Assembly (NCBI GenBank): GCA_046596005.1 | Contig: JBKJMK010000286.1 | Location: forward strand, 1 to 47,860 | Length of the DNA: 47,860 bases | DNA from: Usitatibacteraceae bacterium | Lineage (GTDB): Bacteria; Pseudomonadota; Gammaproteobacteria; Burkholderiales; Usitatibacteraceae | Reading direction: 5' to 3' | Shown here: positions 16,319 through 26,575 of the stretch, piece by piece | Layout of the letters: each line of letters starts with the position of its first letter | Position numbering within the stretch: position 1 is the first letter of the stretch | Position numbers and translations under genes: made by a program | Notes under the pieces: generated by a model | Told to the model about the DNA's origin: nothing | Databases searched by the model: none | The model's input: only the letters and a program-made list of their open reading frames with translations

Positions 16319-17620
16319 ATGCATCGGATTGTGATTGTCGGTGGCGGTGCTGGCGGTCTCGAATTGGCGACGCGCCTGGGCGACAGACTCGGAAAACGCC
16401 GGGCCGCACAAATTACCCTGATTGATCGAAGCCGCACCCATTTATGGAAGCCACTGCTACACGAAGTCGCAGCGGGCAGCATGGATATCCACGCCCACCA
16501 ACTCGACTACTTGGCGCAGGCGCGATGGCATCATTTCACTTTTGTACTCGGTGCGCTGGAAGGGTTAAACCGGTCGCGACACACAGTCGACGTCGGCGCA
16601 GTGTGCGACGACAATGACGACGAAGTCCTGCCTGCCAGACAAATAAAATATGACACCCTGATCATCGCGGTCGGATCGCAATCGAATGACTTCGGCATAC
16701 CCGGTGTGCGTGAACACACATTTACGATCGACAGTTCCTGGGACGCACATTTATTTCACCGTCGCCTCGTCAATGCCTGCTTCAAAGCCAATTTTGGCAA
16801 CGATGGCCGTATCATCAAGATTGTCATCGTCGGCGCAGGGGCAACGGGCGTCGAGCTAGCCGCAGAACTGCACAACACGACGCGCGTGCTGGCTGCATAC
16901 GGCCTTGACCAATTCGACCCTGAAAAACAAATTCACCTCTCCATCATCGAGGCGGGGCCGCGCATTCTCGCCGGACTACCCGACTATCTTGCCGACGCCA
17001 CGCATGACATTCTCAACAGTCTGAATGTCGACGTACTGTGCGGCGAACAGGTGACGGGTGCGAGCGACGATGCACTGTTCACCGCGTCGGGCAGGACGTT
17101 ACCGGCCGATTTCGTCGTCTGGGCGGCTGGCGTGCGCGCCCCGGATGTGCTCAGGGAGCTCGATGACCTTGAGACGAATCATCTGAATCAACTTGTCGTA
17201 CTGCCGACCTTGCAAACGACGCGGGACGAAAATATTTTCGCGTTAGGCGATTGCGCCGCGTGCCCGTGGGAAGATGGCCGAAACGTGCCGCCCCGCGCCC
17301 AGTCGGCACACCAGCAGGCCAGTCACATGGCGGGCACGATCAGGCGGCGCCTTGAAGGGGGCACAGGAAGTGCGCTTGCTGCATTTCACTACCGCGATTT
17401 CGGTTCACTGGTGTCGCTGGGTAACTACAGCTCGGTGGGCACGCTGATGGGATTTGTCTCGCGTGGTAGCGTGCGGGTGGAAGGCCTGCTCGCCAAAATG
17501 TTTTATATCTCTCTGTACAAGATGCACCTGATGGCGCTGCACGGCTTCTGGCGCATGGCGCTTGATACGCTGGCGCGCATCATCAAGCGCCAGACTGAAC
17601 CCCGCGTGAAATTGCATTGA
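16319..17620 (+). CDS. ndh: Type II NADH dehydrogenase (NDH-2)
   Basis: The internal ATG at 16319 gives MHRIVIVGGGAGGLELATRLG. A second dinucleotide fold is IVIVGAGATGVELAAEL. The upstream extension of the ORF overlaps suhB and is rejected. Confidence 0.88.
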   Translation: MHRIVIVGGGAGGLELATRLGDRLGKRRAAQITLIDRSRTHLWKPLLHEVAAGSMDIHAHQLDYLAQARWHHFTFVLGALEGLNRSRHTVDVGAVCDDNDDEVLPARQIKYDTLIIAVGSQSNDFGIPGVREHTFTIDSSWDAHLFHRRLVNACFKANFGNDGRIIKIVIVGAGATGVELAAELHNTTRVLAAYGLDQFDPEKQIHLSIIEAGPRILAGLPDYLADATHDILNSLNVDVLCGEQVTGASDDALFTASGRTLPADFVVWAAGVRAPDVLRELDDLETNHLNQLVVLPTLQTTRDENIFALGDCAACPWEDGRNVPPRAQSAHQQASHMAGTIRRRLEGGTGSALAAFHYRDFGSLVSLGNYSSVGTLMGFVSRGSVRVEGLLAKMFYISLYKMHLMALHGFWRMALDTLARIIKRQTEPRVKLH

Positions 17621-17635
17621 CGATTTGATGATGCA

Positions 17636-20182
17636 ATGAACGATAAAGCCTTCAGTCAACACACGCCAATGATGCAGCAGTATTTACGCATTAAGGCCTT
17701 ACACGCCGATACGCTGGTGTTCTACCGCATGGGCGACTTCTACGAGTTATTTTTTAATGATGCCGTAAAGGCTTCAAAGTTACTTGGCATTACCCTCACC
17801 ACGCGCGGCCAGTCTGCTGGCACACCGATCAAGATGGCGGGTGTGCCATTCCACGCGCTTGAACCCTACCTTGCCAAGCTGGTAAAACTGGGCGAATCGG
17901 TGGTCATCTGTGAGCAGATCGGCGAGGTAACCGGCAAGGGGCCGGTGGAACGCGCAGTAACGCGCATCATCACACCCGGCACACTGACGGACAGCGCGCT
18001 GTTACCTGAGGCCCGCGACGTATTGGTCGCGTCCATCCTGGTTCGGGATCATGTGCTGGGTATCGCGGCGTTGTCATTGGCGAGTGGACGGTTTCGTGTA
18101 ATGGAAACATCATTCAGCCAACTCAATGCCGAACTTGAGCGTTTGCAGCCTTCCGAACTCGTTGTTGCCGAAAGCGCTGACGTCAACACAACTGGCGCGA
18201 CCACCCGGCGAATGCCTGATTGGCAGTTCGACCTTGATTCAGCGCAGCGCTTACTCGCAAAGCAATTTGGGACAACTGATCTCAAAGGTTTTGGCTGCGT
18301 GGACATGCCGGTGGCCGTCGCGGCGGCAGGTGCGTTGCTTCAATATGTGCAACAAACGCAGCGGGGAGTATTGCCGCACATCGTTGGGCTCAGCGTCGAA
18401 CGCCATGATGATTTCATCCGCATGGATGCGGCGACGCGCCGGAATCTGGAAATTTCCGAAACCATTACCCGCGAATCTGCGCCGACGCTTTTTTCGTTTC
18501 TGAATAACACCGCAACCAACATGGGCGCGCGGCAGTTGCGCGAGTGGCTGCACCATCCATTGCGCAATCGTGCCGCGGTCGTCGAGAGACTCGAAGCCAG
18601 CGTGGCAATAGCACCGTATACGGAAGCCATCCGCGCCGTCATTGGCGACTGGTCCGACGTTGAGCGTATCGTTACGCGCATCGCGCTCAAGACAGCACGG
18701 CCACGGGACCTGTCCGCGTTGCGCGATGCGCTTGCCACCCTTCCACAAGTGCATGCGCAAGTAGTGTTACTCAAAACTCCAGCATTGGTGCGGCTTTCAG
18801 AGGCATTATCTCTGGAAACCCGCATCCACGCTTGGCTTCAGGCCACGCTTAAAGATGAGCCTGCAACCAGCCTGCGCGATGGTGGCGTGATGCGTGATGG
18901 CTTCGATGCAGAGCTCGATGAATTGCGCGGCATGCAGTCCAACGCCAGCGGATTCCTGCTCGAACTCGAACGTCGCGAACGTGATCGCACTGGTATCTCC
19001 AACCTGCGCGTGGAATTCAATCGAGTGCATGGCTACTTCATCGAAGTCACGCAAGGGCAGCTAGACAAAGTGCCGGATGATTACCGCCGCCGACAGACGC
19101 TGAAAAACGCTGAGCGCTTCATCACGCCGGAATTGAAGGCGTTCGAAGATAAGGCACTGTCTGCCGGGGAGCGCGCATTAGCGAGAGAAAAATTTCTGTA
19201 CGAGGCGCTGCTCTATCAACTATTGCCCTTTGTGCCGTCGCTTCATGCAATGGCGCGGGCCGTTGCGGAACTTGATGTGCTCTGCACCAACGCACGCAAT
19301 GCAGCGCGCTTTAACCTGATACCACCAACATTCATTGACGATGACCGCATCACAATCCAGGGTGGCCGGCATCTGGTGGTAGAAAGCCAGGTGGAGAGTT
19401 TCATCGCCAACGATTGCGATTTATCGCGCTCTCGACAATTACTGCTCATCACCGGTCCCAATATGGGCGGCAAATCGACCTACATGCGGCAGGTCGCGCA
19501 GATTGTTCTGCTCGCGCACACCGGTTCCTTCGTACCGGCAATCCGCGCCGATATCGGGCGCATCGACCAGATCATGACGCGCATCGGTGCATCGGATGAC
19601 CTTGCCGGGGGGCGTTCGACGTTCATGGTGGAAATGACCGAAGCTGCGGCAATTTTGAACAATGCGACCAGCAGCAGTTTGGTCCTCATCGACGAAATCG
19701 GACGCGGTACATCTACCTTCGATGGACTCGCGCTGGCATATTCCATTGCGCGCCACCTGGCAGAAAGCATTCGTTGCTACTGTTTGTTTGCGACGCATTA
19801 CTTCGAACTCACGCACTTGAATGCAGAGCTGTCCAACCTGGCAAATGTTCATCTGGATGCCGTTGAATTGAAGGACAAGATTGTCTTCTTGCACAAGCTT
19901 GAATCCGGGCCAGCGAATCAGAGCTATGGCTTGCAGGTTGCGCAATTGGCTGGCGTACCGAAGTCGATCGTTCGCGGCGCGCGCAAGTACTTGAATAAAC
20001 TCGAAGCTGCTGATGCAATGCCTGCATCACAAGGTAGCTTGTTCGTGCCGCCCGCCAAGCCAGTTGAGGCCGCGCCGCATGCGGTACTGGATGCATTGGC
20101 TGATCTGAGGCCAGATGAACTCTCGCCGCGGGAGGCCCTTGAAAACCTCTACAAGTTAAAGGCGCTGGGTGAAAAAACATGA
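17636..20182 (+). CDS. mutS: DNA mismatch repair protein MutS
   Basis: 848 aa with the N-terminus [32 protein letters not shown], Walker [14 protein letters not shown] and the motif [12 protein letters not shown]. Confidence 0.95.
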   Translation: MNDKAFSQHTPMMQQYLRIKALHADTLVFYRMGDFYELFFNDAVKASKLLGITLTTRGQSAGTPIKMAGVPFHALEPYLAKLVKLGESVVICEQIGEVTGKGPVERAVTRIITPGTLTDSALLPEARDVLVASILVRDHVLGIAALSLASGRFRVMETSFSQLNAELERLQPSELVVAESADVNTTGATTRRMPDWQFDLDSAQRLLAKQFGTTDLKGFGCVDMPVAVAAAGALLQYVQQTQRGVLPHIVGLSVERHDDFIRMDAATRRNLEISETITRESAPTLFSFLNNTATNMGARQLREWLHHPLRNRAAVVERLEASVAIAPYTEAIRAVIGDWSDVERIVTRIALKTARPRDLSALRDALATLPQVHAQVVLLKTPALVRLSEALSLETRIHAWLQATLKDEPATSLRDGGVMRDGFDAELDELRGMQSNASGFLLELERRERDRTGISNLRVEFNRVHGYFIEVTQGQLDKVPDDYRRRQTLKNAERFITPELKAFEDKALSAGERALAREKFLYEALLYQLLPFVPSLHAMARAVAELDVLCTNARNAARFNLIPPTFIDDDRITIQGGRHLVVESQVESFIANDCDLSRSRQLLLITGPNMGGKSTYMRQVAQIVLLAHTGSFVPAIRADIGRIDQIMTRIGASDDLAGGRSTFMVEMTEAAAILNNATSSSLVLIDEIGRGTSTFDGLALAYSIARHLAESIRCYCLFATHYFELTHLNAELSNLANVHLDAVELKDKIVFLHKLESGPANQSYGLQVAQLAGVPKSIVRGARKYLNKLEAADAMPASQGSLFVPPAKPVEAAPHAVLDALADLRPDELSPREALENLYKLKALGEKT

Positions 20183-20216
20183 TTTTTATCGCTGGAATTT
20201 CAGGAAAGACCCGAAC

Positions 20217-21191
20217 ATGTTTGCGATTCGACAGTTATTTTTAACGAGCCTGCTGGTACTACTCGCCGGCTGCGCTACGCGCCCACCTGTCCCGTCCGCA
20301 TTTTCGTTCGCGCTCATGGGTGATCAACAATACAACGCCAGGGAAGAAGCACTATTTCCACAAATGCTGGATGCCGTCAGCAAGGAGCAGCTTGAATTCG
20401 TTGTTCATGTCGGTGATTTCAAGGCCGGCGGCAATGCGCCATGCACCGACGCCTTGTTCATGCAGCGCAAAACTGAATTCAATCGTTCGCGCCACGCATT
20501 TATCTATACACCTGGTGACAATGACTGGGTGGATTGCAGGCGAACTTCCAACGGTGCGAGTGATCCGCTGGAGCGCCTGGCCAAGCTTCGCGAAGTGTTC
20601 TTTAGTGAATCACGTTCGCTTGGACAAAATACGATTGAATTGACTCAGCAAAGCGAAATTTTTCATGGCGATCCTGTCATTGCCCGCTATCGCGAAAACG
20701 CAATGTGGTTACAGGGCGGCATCGTTTTTGCAACTTTCAACATCCAGGGTAGCAACGACAATTTTGGGTTTGATGATGCAAACGACCGCGAACACGAAGC
20801 ACGCACCCGCGCCAACATTGAATGGCTCAACGTGGCCATCAAGCGGGCACAGGAGCCAGACATTGCCGGTGTTGCGATTTTTTTACAAGCCAATCCCGGT
20901 TTCGAAGAGCAACCTGCAGATGTCGCCAAGAGCGGTTTTCGGCTGTTTCTCGAAGCATTCGAGGCGCGCGCAACATCACTTGGAAAACCAATCCTGTTCG
21001 CGCATGGCGATACGCATCAGTATCGCGTTGACCGTCCGTACTTAAGTCCGTTGGACAAGCGTCCGATTCCGAACGTTACGCGTGTAGAGACTTTTGGAAG
21101 CCCGGTCGTCAATTGGGTGAAGATTACCGTGGACCCTAACCTAAAGAACGGTCTGTTTTTTATCCAACCCGGCGGTTTTGCGCCGCCCTGA
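20217..21191 (+). CDS. Metallophosphoesterase-like lipoprotein
   Basis: ATG at 20217 gives MFAIRQLFLTSLLVLLAGC (lipobox). It has calcineurin-like motifs MGDQQY, HVGDF and PGDNDW..AHGDTH. Confidence 0.7.
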   Translation: MFAIRQLFLTSLLVLLAGCATRPPVPSAFSFALMGDQQYNAREEALFPQMLDAVSKEQLEFVVHVGDFKAGGNAPCTDALFMQRKTEFNRSRHAFIYTPGDNDWVDCRRTSNGASDPLERLAKLREVFFSESRSLGQNTIELTQQSEIFHGDPVIARYRENAMWLQGGIVFATFNIQGSNDNFGFDDANDREHEARTRANIEWLNVAIKRAQEPDIAGVAIFLQANPGFEEQPADVAKSGFRLFLEAFEARATSLGKPILFAHGDTHQYRVDRPYLSPLDKRPIPNVTRVETFGSPVVNWVKITVDPNLKNGLFFIQPGGFAPP

Positions 21192-21203
21192 AATAACTAA
21201 CGA

Positions 21204-21689
21204 CTAGTGATGCGCGCCATGCGCGCCGTGCACATGGCCATGCGCAAGCTCTTCTTCGTTTGCCGCCCGCACATCTTTCACCACGCATGAAAACAACAGG
21301 CGTTCGCCGGCCAGAGGATGATTGCCATCGATGACGACTTGACCATCGGCAATATCAGTGACCGTATATACAATCCAGCGATCATCCTCTTCACCCTGTG
21401 GCACGCCCTCAAACTGCATCCCTACCGCCACATTCGCGGGTAAAGCGCTCTGCGGTTCAACCCGAATCAGATTTTCGTCATATTCGCCAAACGCGTCTTC
21501 CGGCTCCAACGAGATAAAGAACTCCTCACCCACCACCTTGCCATTCAGGCCCTGTTCAACGAGTGGAAATATGCCGCCATGACCGCCGTGCAGATACACC
21601 ATCGTTTCTGTGGCACTGCCGAGGGCATTGCCGTCACTGTCTTTCAATTGTGCTTCAAGTGTAACAACCGAATTCTGCTCAATGACCAT
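21204..21689 (-). CDS. slyD: FKBP-type peptidyl-prolyl isomerase SlyD
   Basis: MVIEQNSVVTLEAQLKD...GNHPLAGERLLFSCVVKDVRAANEEELAHGHVHGAHGAHH. It has FKBP plus IF-domain architecture and a short His-rich tail. Start is at 21689, or 21704 per the track. Confidence 0.85.
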   Translation of the reverse strand: MVIEQNSVVTLEAQLKDSDGNALGSATETMVYLHGGHGGIFPLVEQGLNGKVVGEEFFISLEPEDAFGEYDENLIRVEPQSALPANVAVGMQFEGVPQGEEDDRWIVYTVTDIADGQVVIDGNHPLAGERLLFSCVVKDVRAANEEELAHGHVHGAHGAHH

Positions 21690-22167
21690 GTATCTGCCTG
21701 ACAAGTTTTAGAACGGATGCGACGTGTTCACGAGGATTCAAGTCACGAAGGATGTGTCGCACCATGCCTTTTTTATCAATAACAAACGTCGCCCGATGCA
21801 CGCACACATGCGAAACACCATTGGTGCCGTCATCTGTGAGTACTTCATATTTTTTCATTACTTCGCACTCGGCGTCCGATAACAACTGGAGCGAAAGTCC
21901 GTGTTTATCGCGAAACTCCTCGTGTACAAGGCAATCATCACGTGAGACCCCGAAAACGACGGTGTCGCACTCTTCGAACGATTCTTCGTGATCAGAAAAA
22001 TTGATCGCCTCCATCGTGCAGACAGGCGTTCCATCGCGCGGATAAAAATACAGGACAACGTTCTTCTTGCCGCGGAAGCTGGAAAGCTGGATCATTTCCA
22101 TACTCGCGTCAGGTAGTTCAAATGCGGGGGCTCTCGAACCAACGTGTAACATTGTCGTCCAGTTCAA
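21679..22167 (-). CDS. bcp: Bcp-type thiol peroxidase (peroxiredoxin)
   Basis: 162 aa, FELPD...KKNVVLYFYPRDGTPVCTMEA, with the peroxidatic Cys context. Confidence 0.82.
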   Translation of the reverse strand: MNWTTMLHVGSRAPAFELPDASMEMIQLSSFRGKKNVVLYFYPRDGTPVCTMEAINFSDHEESFEECDTVVFGVSRDDCLVHEEFRDKHGLSLQLLSDAECEVMKKYEVLTDDGTNGVSHVCVHRATFVIDKKGMVRHILRDLNPREHVASVLKLVRQIHGH

Positions 22168-22236
22168 ATGTTGAATTACGTAACCTCTAAATTATTCTAA
22201 CGCATTTTCTTTCCAGCTCTGCAACACCCTTTTTGA

Positions 22237-23424
22237 ATGAAGCCAACTACGCAAAAAGAAATCAGCCGCAAGTCATTATTGCGAGCACTACCACTTCTCG
22301 GTGGAATCACTGCGGAAGTTTTTTTGCGCGATTACTGGCAGAAGAAACCACTCCTGATCCGCAATGCAATTGCCGACTTTGCCGCCCCCCTCAGCAAAAG
22401 GGAAGTGCTGACCCTGGCACGCCGCGAAGATGCCGAAAGTCGTTTGATCACACGCAACGGTGGCAACTGGCAGTTTGAACATGGTCCGTTTTCAGCAAGT
22501 GATTTTCGCCTGCCGAAAAATATTTTATGGACGGTGCTGGTACAGGACGTCCAGCATTTTTCGCATGAAGCTCATGAACTGCTAGCGAGATTCAACTTTA
22601 TTGCGCAGGCGAGGGTCGACAACTTGATGGTGAGCTATGCGATACCGGGTGCCGGTGTCGGTGCACATTTCGACAGTTACGACGTTTTCCTTCTACAAGG
22701 TGCGGGCAGACGCCGCTGGCAGATTTCCAGCCAGCAGGATCTGCGCTTGAAACCTGATTTGCCGCTGAAAATTCTTTCGCACTTCAAACCAACGGAAGAA
22801 TTTGTTTTGGAAACGGGTGACATGCTCTACTTGCCGCCGAGCGTTGCACACAATGGCATCGCCGAAACCGAATGCCTGACATGGTCTATCGGCTTCCGCG
22901 GCCCGTCGAAACAAGAGTTAAGCGTGGCCTTCCTTGACTACCTGCGAGATTCGCTACAATTGACAGGACAGTATGTTGATCCTGAGCTGAAATCAGCGCT
23001 GCATTCAGCGGAAATCAACCACGCAATGGGCCAACGTTTTGCGCATCTGCTACGCGAAGTCCAAATGGCATCAGGAGATGAGGCTACCATCCGCCGATTT
23101 ACCGGATGCTACCTCACCGAACCAAAATCGCATGTCGTTTTCGATGCGCCTGATACGCCACTGACAACTGGCGCATTTCGCAAACTGGCAATGCGTCATG
23201 GACTCAGGCTGGATTTGAAGACGCGCGTCTTGTATGACGACGAAAATGTTTACATCAATGGCGAAGCGCACACCCTTACGCGGGTCGCCAGGACAATTCT
23301 TCGCGAGTTGGCGGATGAGCGCTCACTTGACGCGTCAGCACTTTGCAAAGTGGAATCCAAACAAGCACTGGCGTTTCTGTACGAATGCTATTGCGATGGC
23401 ACTCTATTGATTGCACGCCATTGA
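22237..23424 (+). CDS. roxA: JmjC/cupin ribosomal protein oxygenase (RoxA/YcfD-like)
   Basis: 395 aa, FLRDYWQKKPLL...GAGVGAHFDSYDVFLLQGAGRRRWQI...LYLPPSVAHNG, containing the HxD...H facial triad. Confidence 0.75.
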   Translation: MKPTTQKEISRKSLLRALPLLGGITAEVFLRDYWQKKPLLIRNAIADFAAPLSKREVLTLARREDAESRLITRNGGNWQFEHGPFSASDFRLPKNILWTVLVQDVQHFSHEAHELLARFNFIAQARVDNLMVSYAIPGAGVGAHFDSYDVFLLQGAGRRRWQISSQQDLRLKPDLPLKILSHFKPTEEFVLETGDMLYLPPSVAHNGIAETECLTWSIGFRGPSKQELSVAFLDYLRDSLQLTGQYVDPELKSALHSAEINHAMGQRFAHLLREVQMASGDEATIRRFTGCYLTEPKSHVVFDAPDTPLTTGAFRKLAMRHGLRLDLKTRVLYDDENVYINGEAHTLTRVARTILRELADERSLDASALCKVESKQALAFLYECYCDGTLLIARH

Positions 23425-23467
23425 ACCACGGTGTAGGGTTCAGCAGTTGAACAGCCGAGGAGACGAA

Positions 23468-23989
23468 ATGCACGAGACCAATTCCCCACCGCCCCTGTCT
23501 GAGAAAGTCTATCGCCTGATGGAAACCCGGCGCGATGCACATACCGCAATTGATGAAGTGTTGGGCCAGGCCCGACGAGAAATTCGTATCTTTGATGCCA
23601 GCCCAAAGCTGCTTAAAGATCGAGAGTTTGGCCATGCGGCGCGCATTGATTTGATCCGCAACCTCTTGCTGGCAAACCGCGACCACCGGTTGCGTATCGC
23701 GCTTCACGACACCAGAGGCATTGAAAGCGATCTGCCGCGCCTGATCGCCCTGCTTACCCAGTTTTCCGGACAAATCCAAATCCACCGCACTATCGGGCAA
23801 GCGACCGAGGCGCGAGACCCGATGGTCATTGCCGACAACGCGCATTTCTGGCGCAAACTGCATGTTGACCACCCACGTTCGGTAGTGACTCTTCATTGCG
23901 CCGCCGATACGCGACCATTCATTGAGCGATTTGAGGAGATTTGGGAGCAAAGCGAATTGGCGGTCGCGGGCAGTAATCTTGGGCTGTGA
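23468..23989 (+). CDS. Hypothetical cytoplasmic protein
   Basis: ATG at 23468 gives MHETNSPPPLSEKVYRLMETRRDAHTAIDEVLGQARREIRIFDAS... (173 aa). Its composition is protein-like, unlike the long antisense ORF 23276..23950. I recognise no family. Confidence 0.6.
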   Translation: MHETNSPPPLSEKVYRLMETRRDAHTAIDEVLGQARREIRIFDASPKLLKDREFGHAARIDLIRNLLLANRDHRLRIALHDTRGIESDLPRLIALLTQFSGQIQIHRTIGQATEARDPMVIADNAHFWRKLHVDHPRSVVTLHCAADTRPFIERFEEIWEQSELAVAGSNLGL

Positions 23990-24162
23990 AGATAGACTCT
24001 ATTGTGCACCGCACCACGAAGCTGCTATACTGATAGGTCGGTTGAAACGGGCACTTCAGCATTCCAAAAAGGCTTAAAGGGGTTTTTAAGTTTTGAAAGA
24101 GTAGCTGAGCGGTCACGTCGGCCGATAAAAATTTTGATCAAATTTTTCTCCAAGGGAAACAA

Positions 24163-24477
24163 ATGAATAAGTCAATCCTCATCGTCGCAATCGCTGCACT
24201 CGGCCTGGCCGCTTGCGGTAAAGAAGAACCCAAAGTTGCTCCGGCTCCTAAAGTCGAAATAGTTGTTCCAGCTGCTCCCGCCGCGCCTGTCGTCGTACCG
24301 GCAGTTGACGCTGCCAAGGCTGCTGCCGACGTCTCCAAAGACGCTGCTGGCAAGTCTGTCGACGCCGCGAAAGACGCCAAAGACGCTGCTGGTAAGTCTG
24401 TCGAGGCTGCAAAAGACGCCAAAGACGCTGCTGGCAAAGCAGTTGAAGCCGCGAAAGACGCTGCACCGAAGAAGTAA
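24163..24477 (+). CDS. Small Ala/Lys/Asp-rich tandem-repeat lipoprotein
   Basis: MNKSILIVAIAALGLAACGK (lipobox), a Pro/Ala/Val linker, then DAAGKSV(D/E)AAKDAK repeated. An RBS-like AAGGGAAAC lies upstream and a strong terminator lies downstream. Confidence 0.8.
   Translation: MNKSILIVAIAALGLAACGKEEPKVAPAPKVEIVVPAAPAAPVVVPAVDAAKAAADVSKDAAGKSVDAAKDAKDAAGKSVEAAKDAKDAAGKAVEAAKDAAPKK
24340..24462 (+). repeat. Tandem 42-bp (14-codon) repeat, about 2.9 copies
   Basis: The units are 24340-24381, 24382-24423 and 24424-24462. All begin GACGCTGCTGG(C/T)AA and differ at a few positions. Confidence 0.9.
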
Positions 24478-24497
24478 TTTCCTCGCTGCTATCGCGC

Positions 24498-24526
24498 AAA
24501 AAAGCCGACTGAACGTCGGCTTTTTT
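24498..24526. terminator. Bidirectional intrinsic terminator
   Basis: AAAAAA-GCCGAC-TGAAC-GTCGGC-TTTTTT lies between the convergent lipoprotein gene and the MBL hydrolase gene. Confidence 0.85.
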
Positions 24527-24569
24527 GTTTGCTGGTTCCTGAAAATACACGCAAAATATAAGCGTTCCT

Positions 24570-25343
24570 TTAGATTTCACGCCAATTGAAACCGTTTTCC
24601 TGTTCGGCAATGCCAATCCAGTCTGTGCCACACCCGAGTACGCCTGCCAGCGCTGCGGTCGCCAAGGTCGGCAGGTTGTTTCGTTGGGATAAGTGCGCTG
24701 CAAAAATGTGCTTTAACCGCGAACAATCAATTCCAGCCAAAAGAGAAGCGGCAGTGAAGTTGTCCAGATGACCGAACTTGCCTGATACGCGTTTCTTCAG
24801 GCTGGCTGGGTAAGGGCCATTCATTAACATGGCCAGGTCGTGATTGCATTCGAGCACCAACGCGTCACAACCTGACAGCGTATTTTTGATGTGCTCAGTA
24901 ATTGAGCCGGTATCGGTCAACACACCAAGCCGCGCGTTGCCATCCGAGAAAACATACTGAACTGGCTCAAAAGCGTCGTGGGGAACAAAATACGGCGTGA
25001 CTTCTACATCGCCCACGGAAAACACTTCATGCGGATCGACAAAATTGAGTAATACACTTGGCAACGAACCCGGGCTGAAAACTTTGGCAGTCCCATGGGT
25101 CAGCCAGACCGGTGTATTGTATTTGCGCGCAAATCGCGCTACACCACCGATATGATCCGAGTGTTCGTGCGTGACGAGTATTGCATCAATATCTTCTGGC
25201 ACCAACCCGGCGCGCGCCAACCTGATTCCAGTTGCGGCAAGACCAAAACCACAATCCATCATCACGACACTCTCACCAACCTGAACAATGAGCGCGTTGC
25301 CCTCGCTGCCACTGCCAAGGGAGGTAAAGCGCATGCTCAACAC
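24570..25343 (-). CDS. MBL-fold metallo-hydrolase
   Basis: 257 aa, RFTSLGSGSEGNALIV...ILVTHEHSDHIGG, with the HxHxDH motif. Confidence 0.85.
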   Translation of the reverse strand: MLSMRFTSLGSGSEGNALIVQVGESVVMMDCGFGLAATGIRLARAGLVPEDIDAILVTHEHSDHIGGVARFARKYNTPVWLTHGTAKVFSPGSLPSVLLNFVDPHEVFSVGDVEVTPYFVPHDAFEPVQYVFSDGNARLGVLTDTGSITEHIKNTLSGCDALVLECNHDLAMLMNGPYPASLKKRVSGKFGHLDNFTAASLLAGIDCSRLKHIFAAHLSQRNNLPTLATAALAGVLGCGTDWIGIAEQENGFNWREI

Positions 25344-25435
25344 AATCCCCTGAAAATAAAAACGGGCCCGACATGGAACATGACGAGCCCGCGTGGCAGC
25401 AAGTACATCAAATGTACTCTAGGCACTCGCCAAAC

Positions 25436-26575
25436 CTATTTTAGCTGCTCCAGCAGCAAGCTCAGGATGCGCTTGGAGGTACTTGACGTGTCCGGTTTGC
25501 CATCTGCGCCTTGCACGACGACATCTGAGATACCCGCAGTCTCGGCGACAAAAATGCGGTACTGTGGCTTCGATGCGGGGTCGTCTTTTCGCCAAAAGGC
25601 TAGCTTGCCGAGGAACCCTTTGTCGCCGCTGCTGCCCTTGGCCTCGGCATCGGGATCGATATAGCGAACAAAGAAAAGCCCTTTGGAGCGGTCGCGATCT
25701 TCAACGGTAAAGCCAATGCGATCCAACGCCAGCCCAACGCGTCGCCATGCGCGGTCAAACGGCTCGTTAACTTTGAGCGATCCGCTTTTGTCCGGCGCGT
25801 AAAACGCGCGCACGACACTCGCCGGTCCTGTTGTCGCGCCCGCAATGGCAGTTGCTTTGTCCGAAGTGCCGGTATTTCCGAATTTTGCCATCAGGCGTGC
25901 CAACATCTCGGCCTCGAGTTCCTTATCAGTCGCACGTGGTTGCCATCCGGTGCTGCTTTTGTCCGCGTTGGTATAAATTTCTTCAAGGCCACGGTGACTA
26001 ATATAGACATCGGTGGTACCGGCTTCCAGACCAGGCTCCAGTCTCGTGCGGAATTTATCGCGGTTACCTGAATCGTACAGACCATCCAATACCCGGCCCA
26101 CGGCACGACGCACCATATCCAACGGGATTTTTGCGCGGTTTTCCGCCCAATCCGTTTCCATAATGCCGACTTCAGGACTTTCACGTTTCAAGACGAAACC
26201 TGTCTCAGTCCAGAATTCTTTAACTACCGGCCACACTTTGTCCGGAGATGTTTTTACCACCAACCAACGCTGCTCACCGGCGCGTTCAATCCGCGCGCTA
26301 TCGACCTTCGGTAGCACTACATTGCCGACCGCCGGTGCGGCACCACGTTCACGGTTGTAGGCAGAGAATGTGGTTGCTTTAGGATCGGGAATAACGAACC
26401 GATCATCAACAATCGGAGACGTAAGATCAGGTGGCACTTCGAGAGAGGGAATTTTCCCGCCCTGCGAGCGGTAGTCAGTGTTCTTCCCGGAGGTACCGAA
26501 CGAACCGCACGCGGTGAGAAAAATACTTGCCAATGCCGCTACAAGAGCAGTATACAAATTACGCTTCGGACTCAT
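25436..26575 (-). CDS. bamC: Outer membrane protein assembly factor BamC (NlpB)-like lipoprotein
   Basis: 379 aa with the lipobox FLTACGS. It lies immediately downstream of dapA with no intergenic gap (dapA stop 26576-26578, bamC ATG ending 26575), the conserved dapA-bamC arrangement. Confidence 0.75.
   Translation of the reverse strand: MSPKRNLYTALVAALASIFLTACGSFGTSGKNTDYRSQGGKIPSLEVPPDLTSPIVDDRFVIPDPKATTFSAYNRERGAAPAVGNVVLPKVDSARIERAGEQRWLVVKTSPDKVWPVVKEFWTETGFVLKRESPEVGIMETDWAENRAKIPLDMVRRAVGRVLDGLYDSGNRDKFRTRLEPGLEAGTTDVYISHRGLEEIYTNADKSSTGWQPRATDKELEAEMLARLMAKFGNTGTSDKATAIAGATTGPASVVRAFYAPDKSGSLKVNEPFDRAWRRVGLALDRIGFTVEDRDRSKGLFFVRYIDPDAEAKGSSGDKGFLGKLAFWRKDDPASKPQYRIFVAETAGISDVVVQGADGKPDTSSTSKRILSLLLEQLK

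Noticed and set aside
23276-23950. 224-aa minus-strand ORF overlapping the end of roxA and the hypothetical gene
   Set aside because: It overlaps the conserved roxA C-terminus and has odd composition. The + strand ORF is more protein-like and fits the gene spacing.
23990-24162. Possible independent sRNA in the 170-bp gap before the repeat lipoprotein gene
   Set aside because: There is a promoter-like TTGTGC-18-TATACT, but only a weak AU-rich hairpin (CUUAAA-GGGGUU-UUUAAG) and no terminator before the ORF. It is more simply a long 5' UTR.
24138-24437. 99-aa minus-strand ORF (and the 24263..24589 + frame) over the repeat lipoprotein gene
   Set aside because: These are an artefact of the 42-bp tandem repeat keeping alternative frames open. 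Only the 24163 frame has an RBS, a lipobox signal peptide and a terminator.
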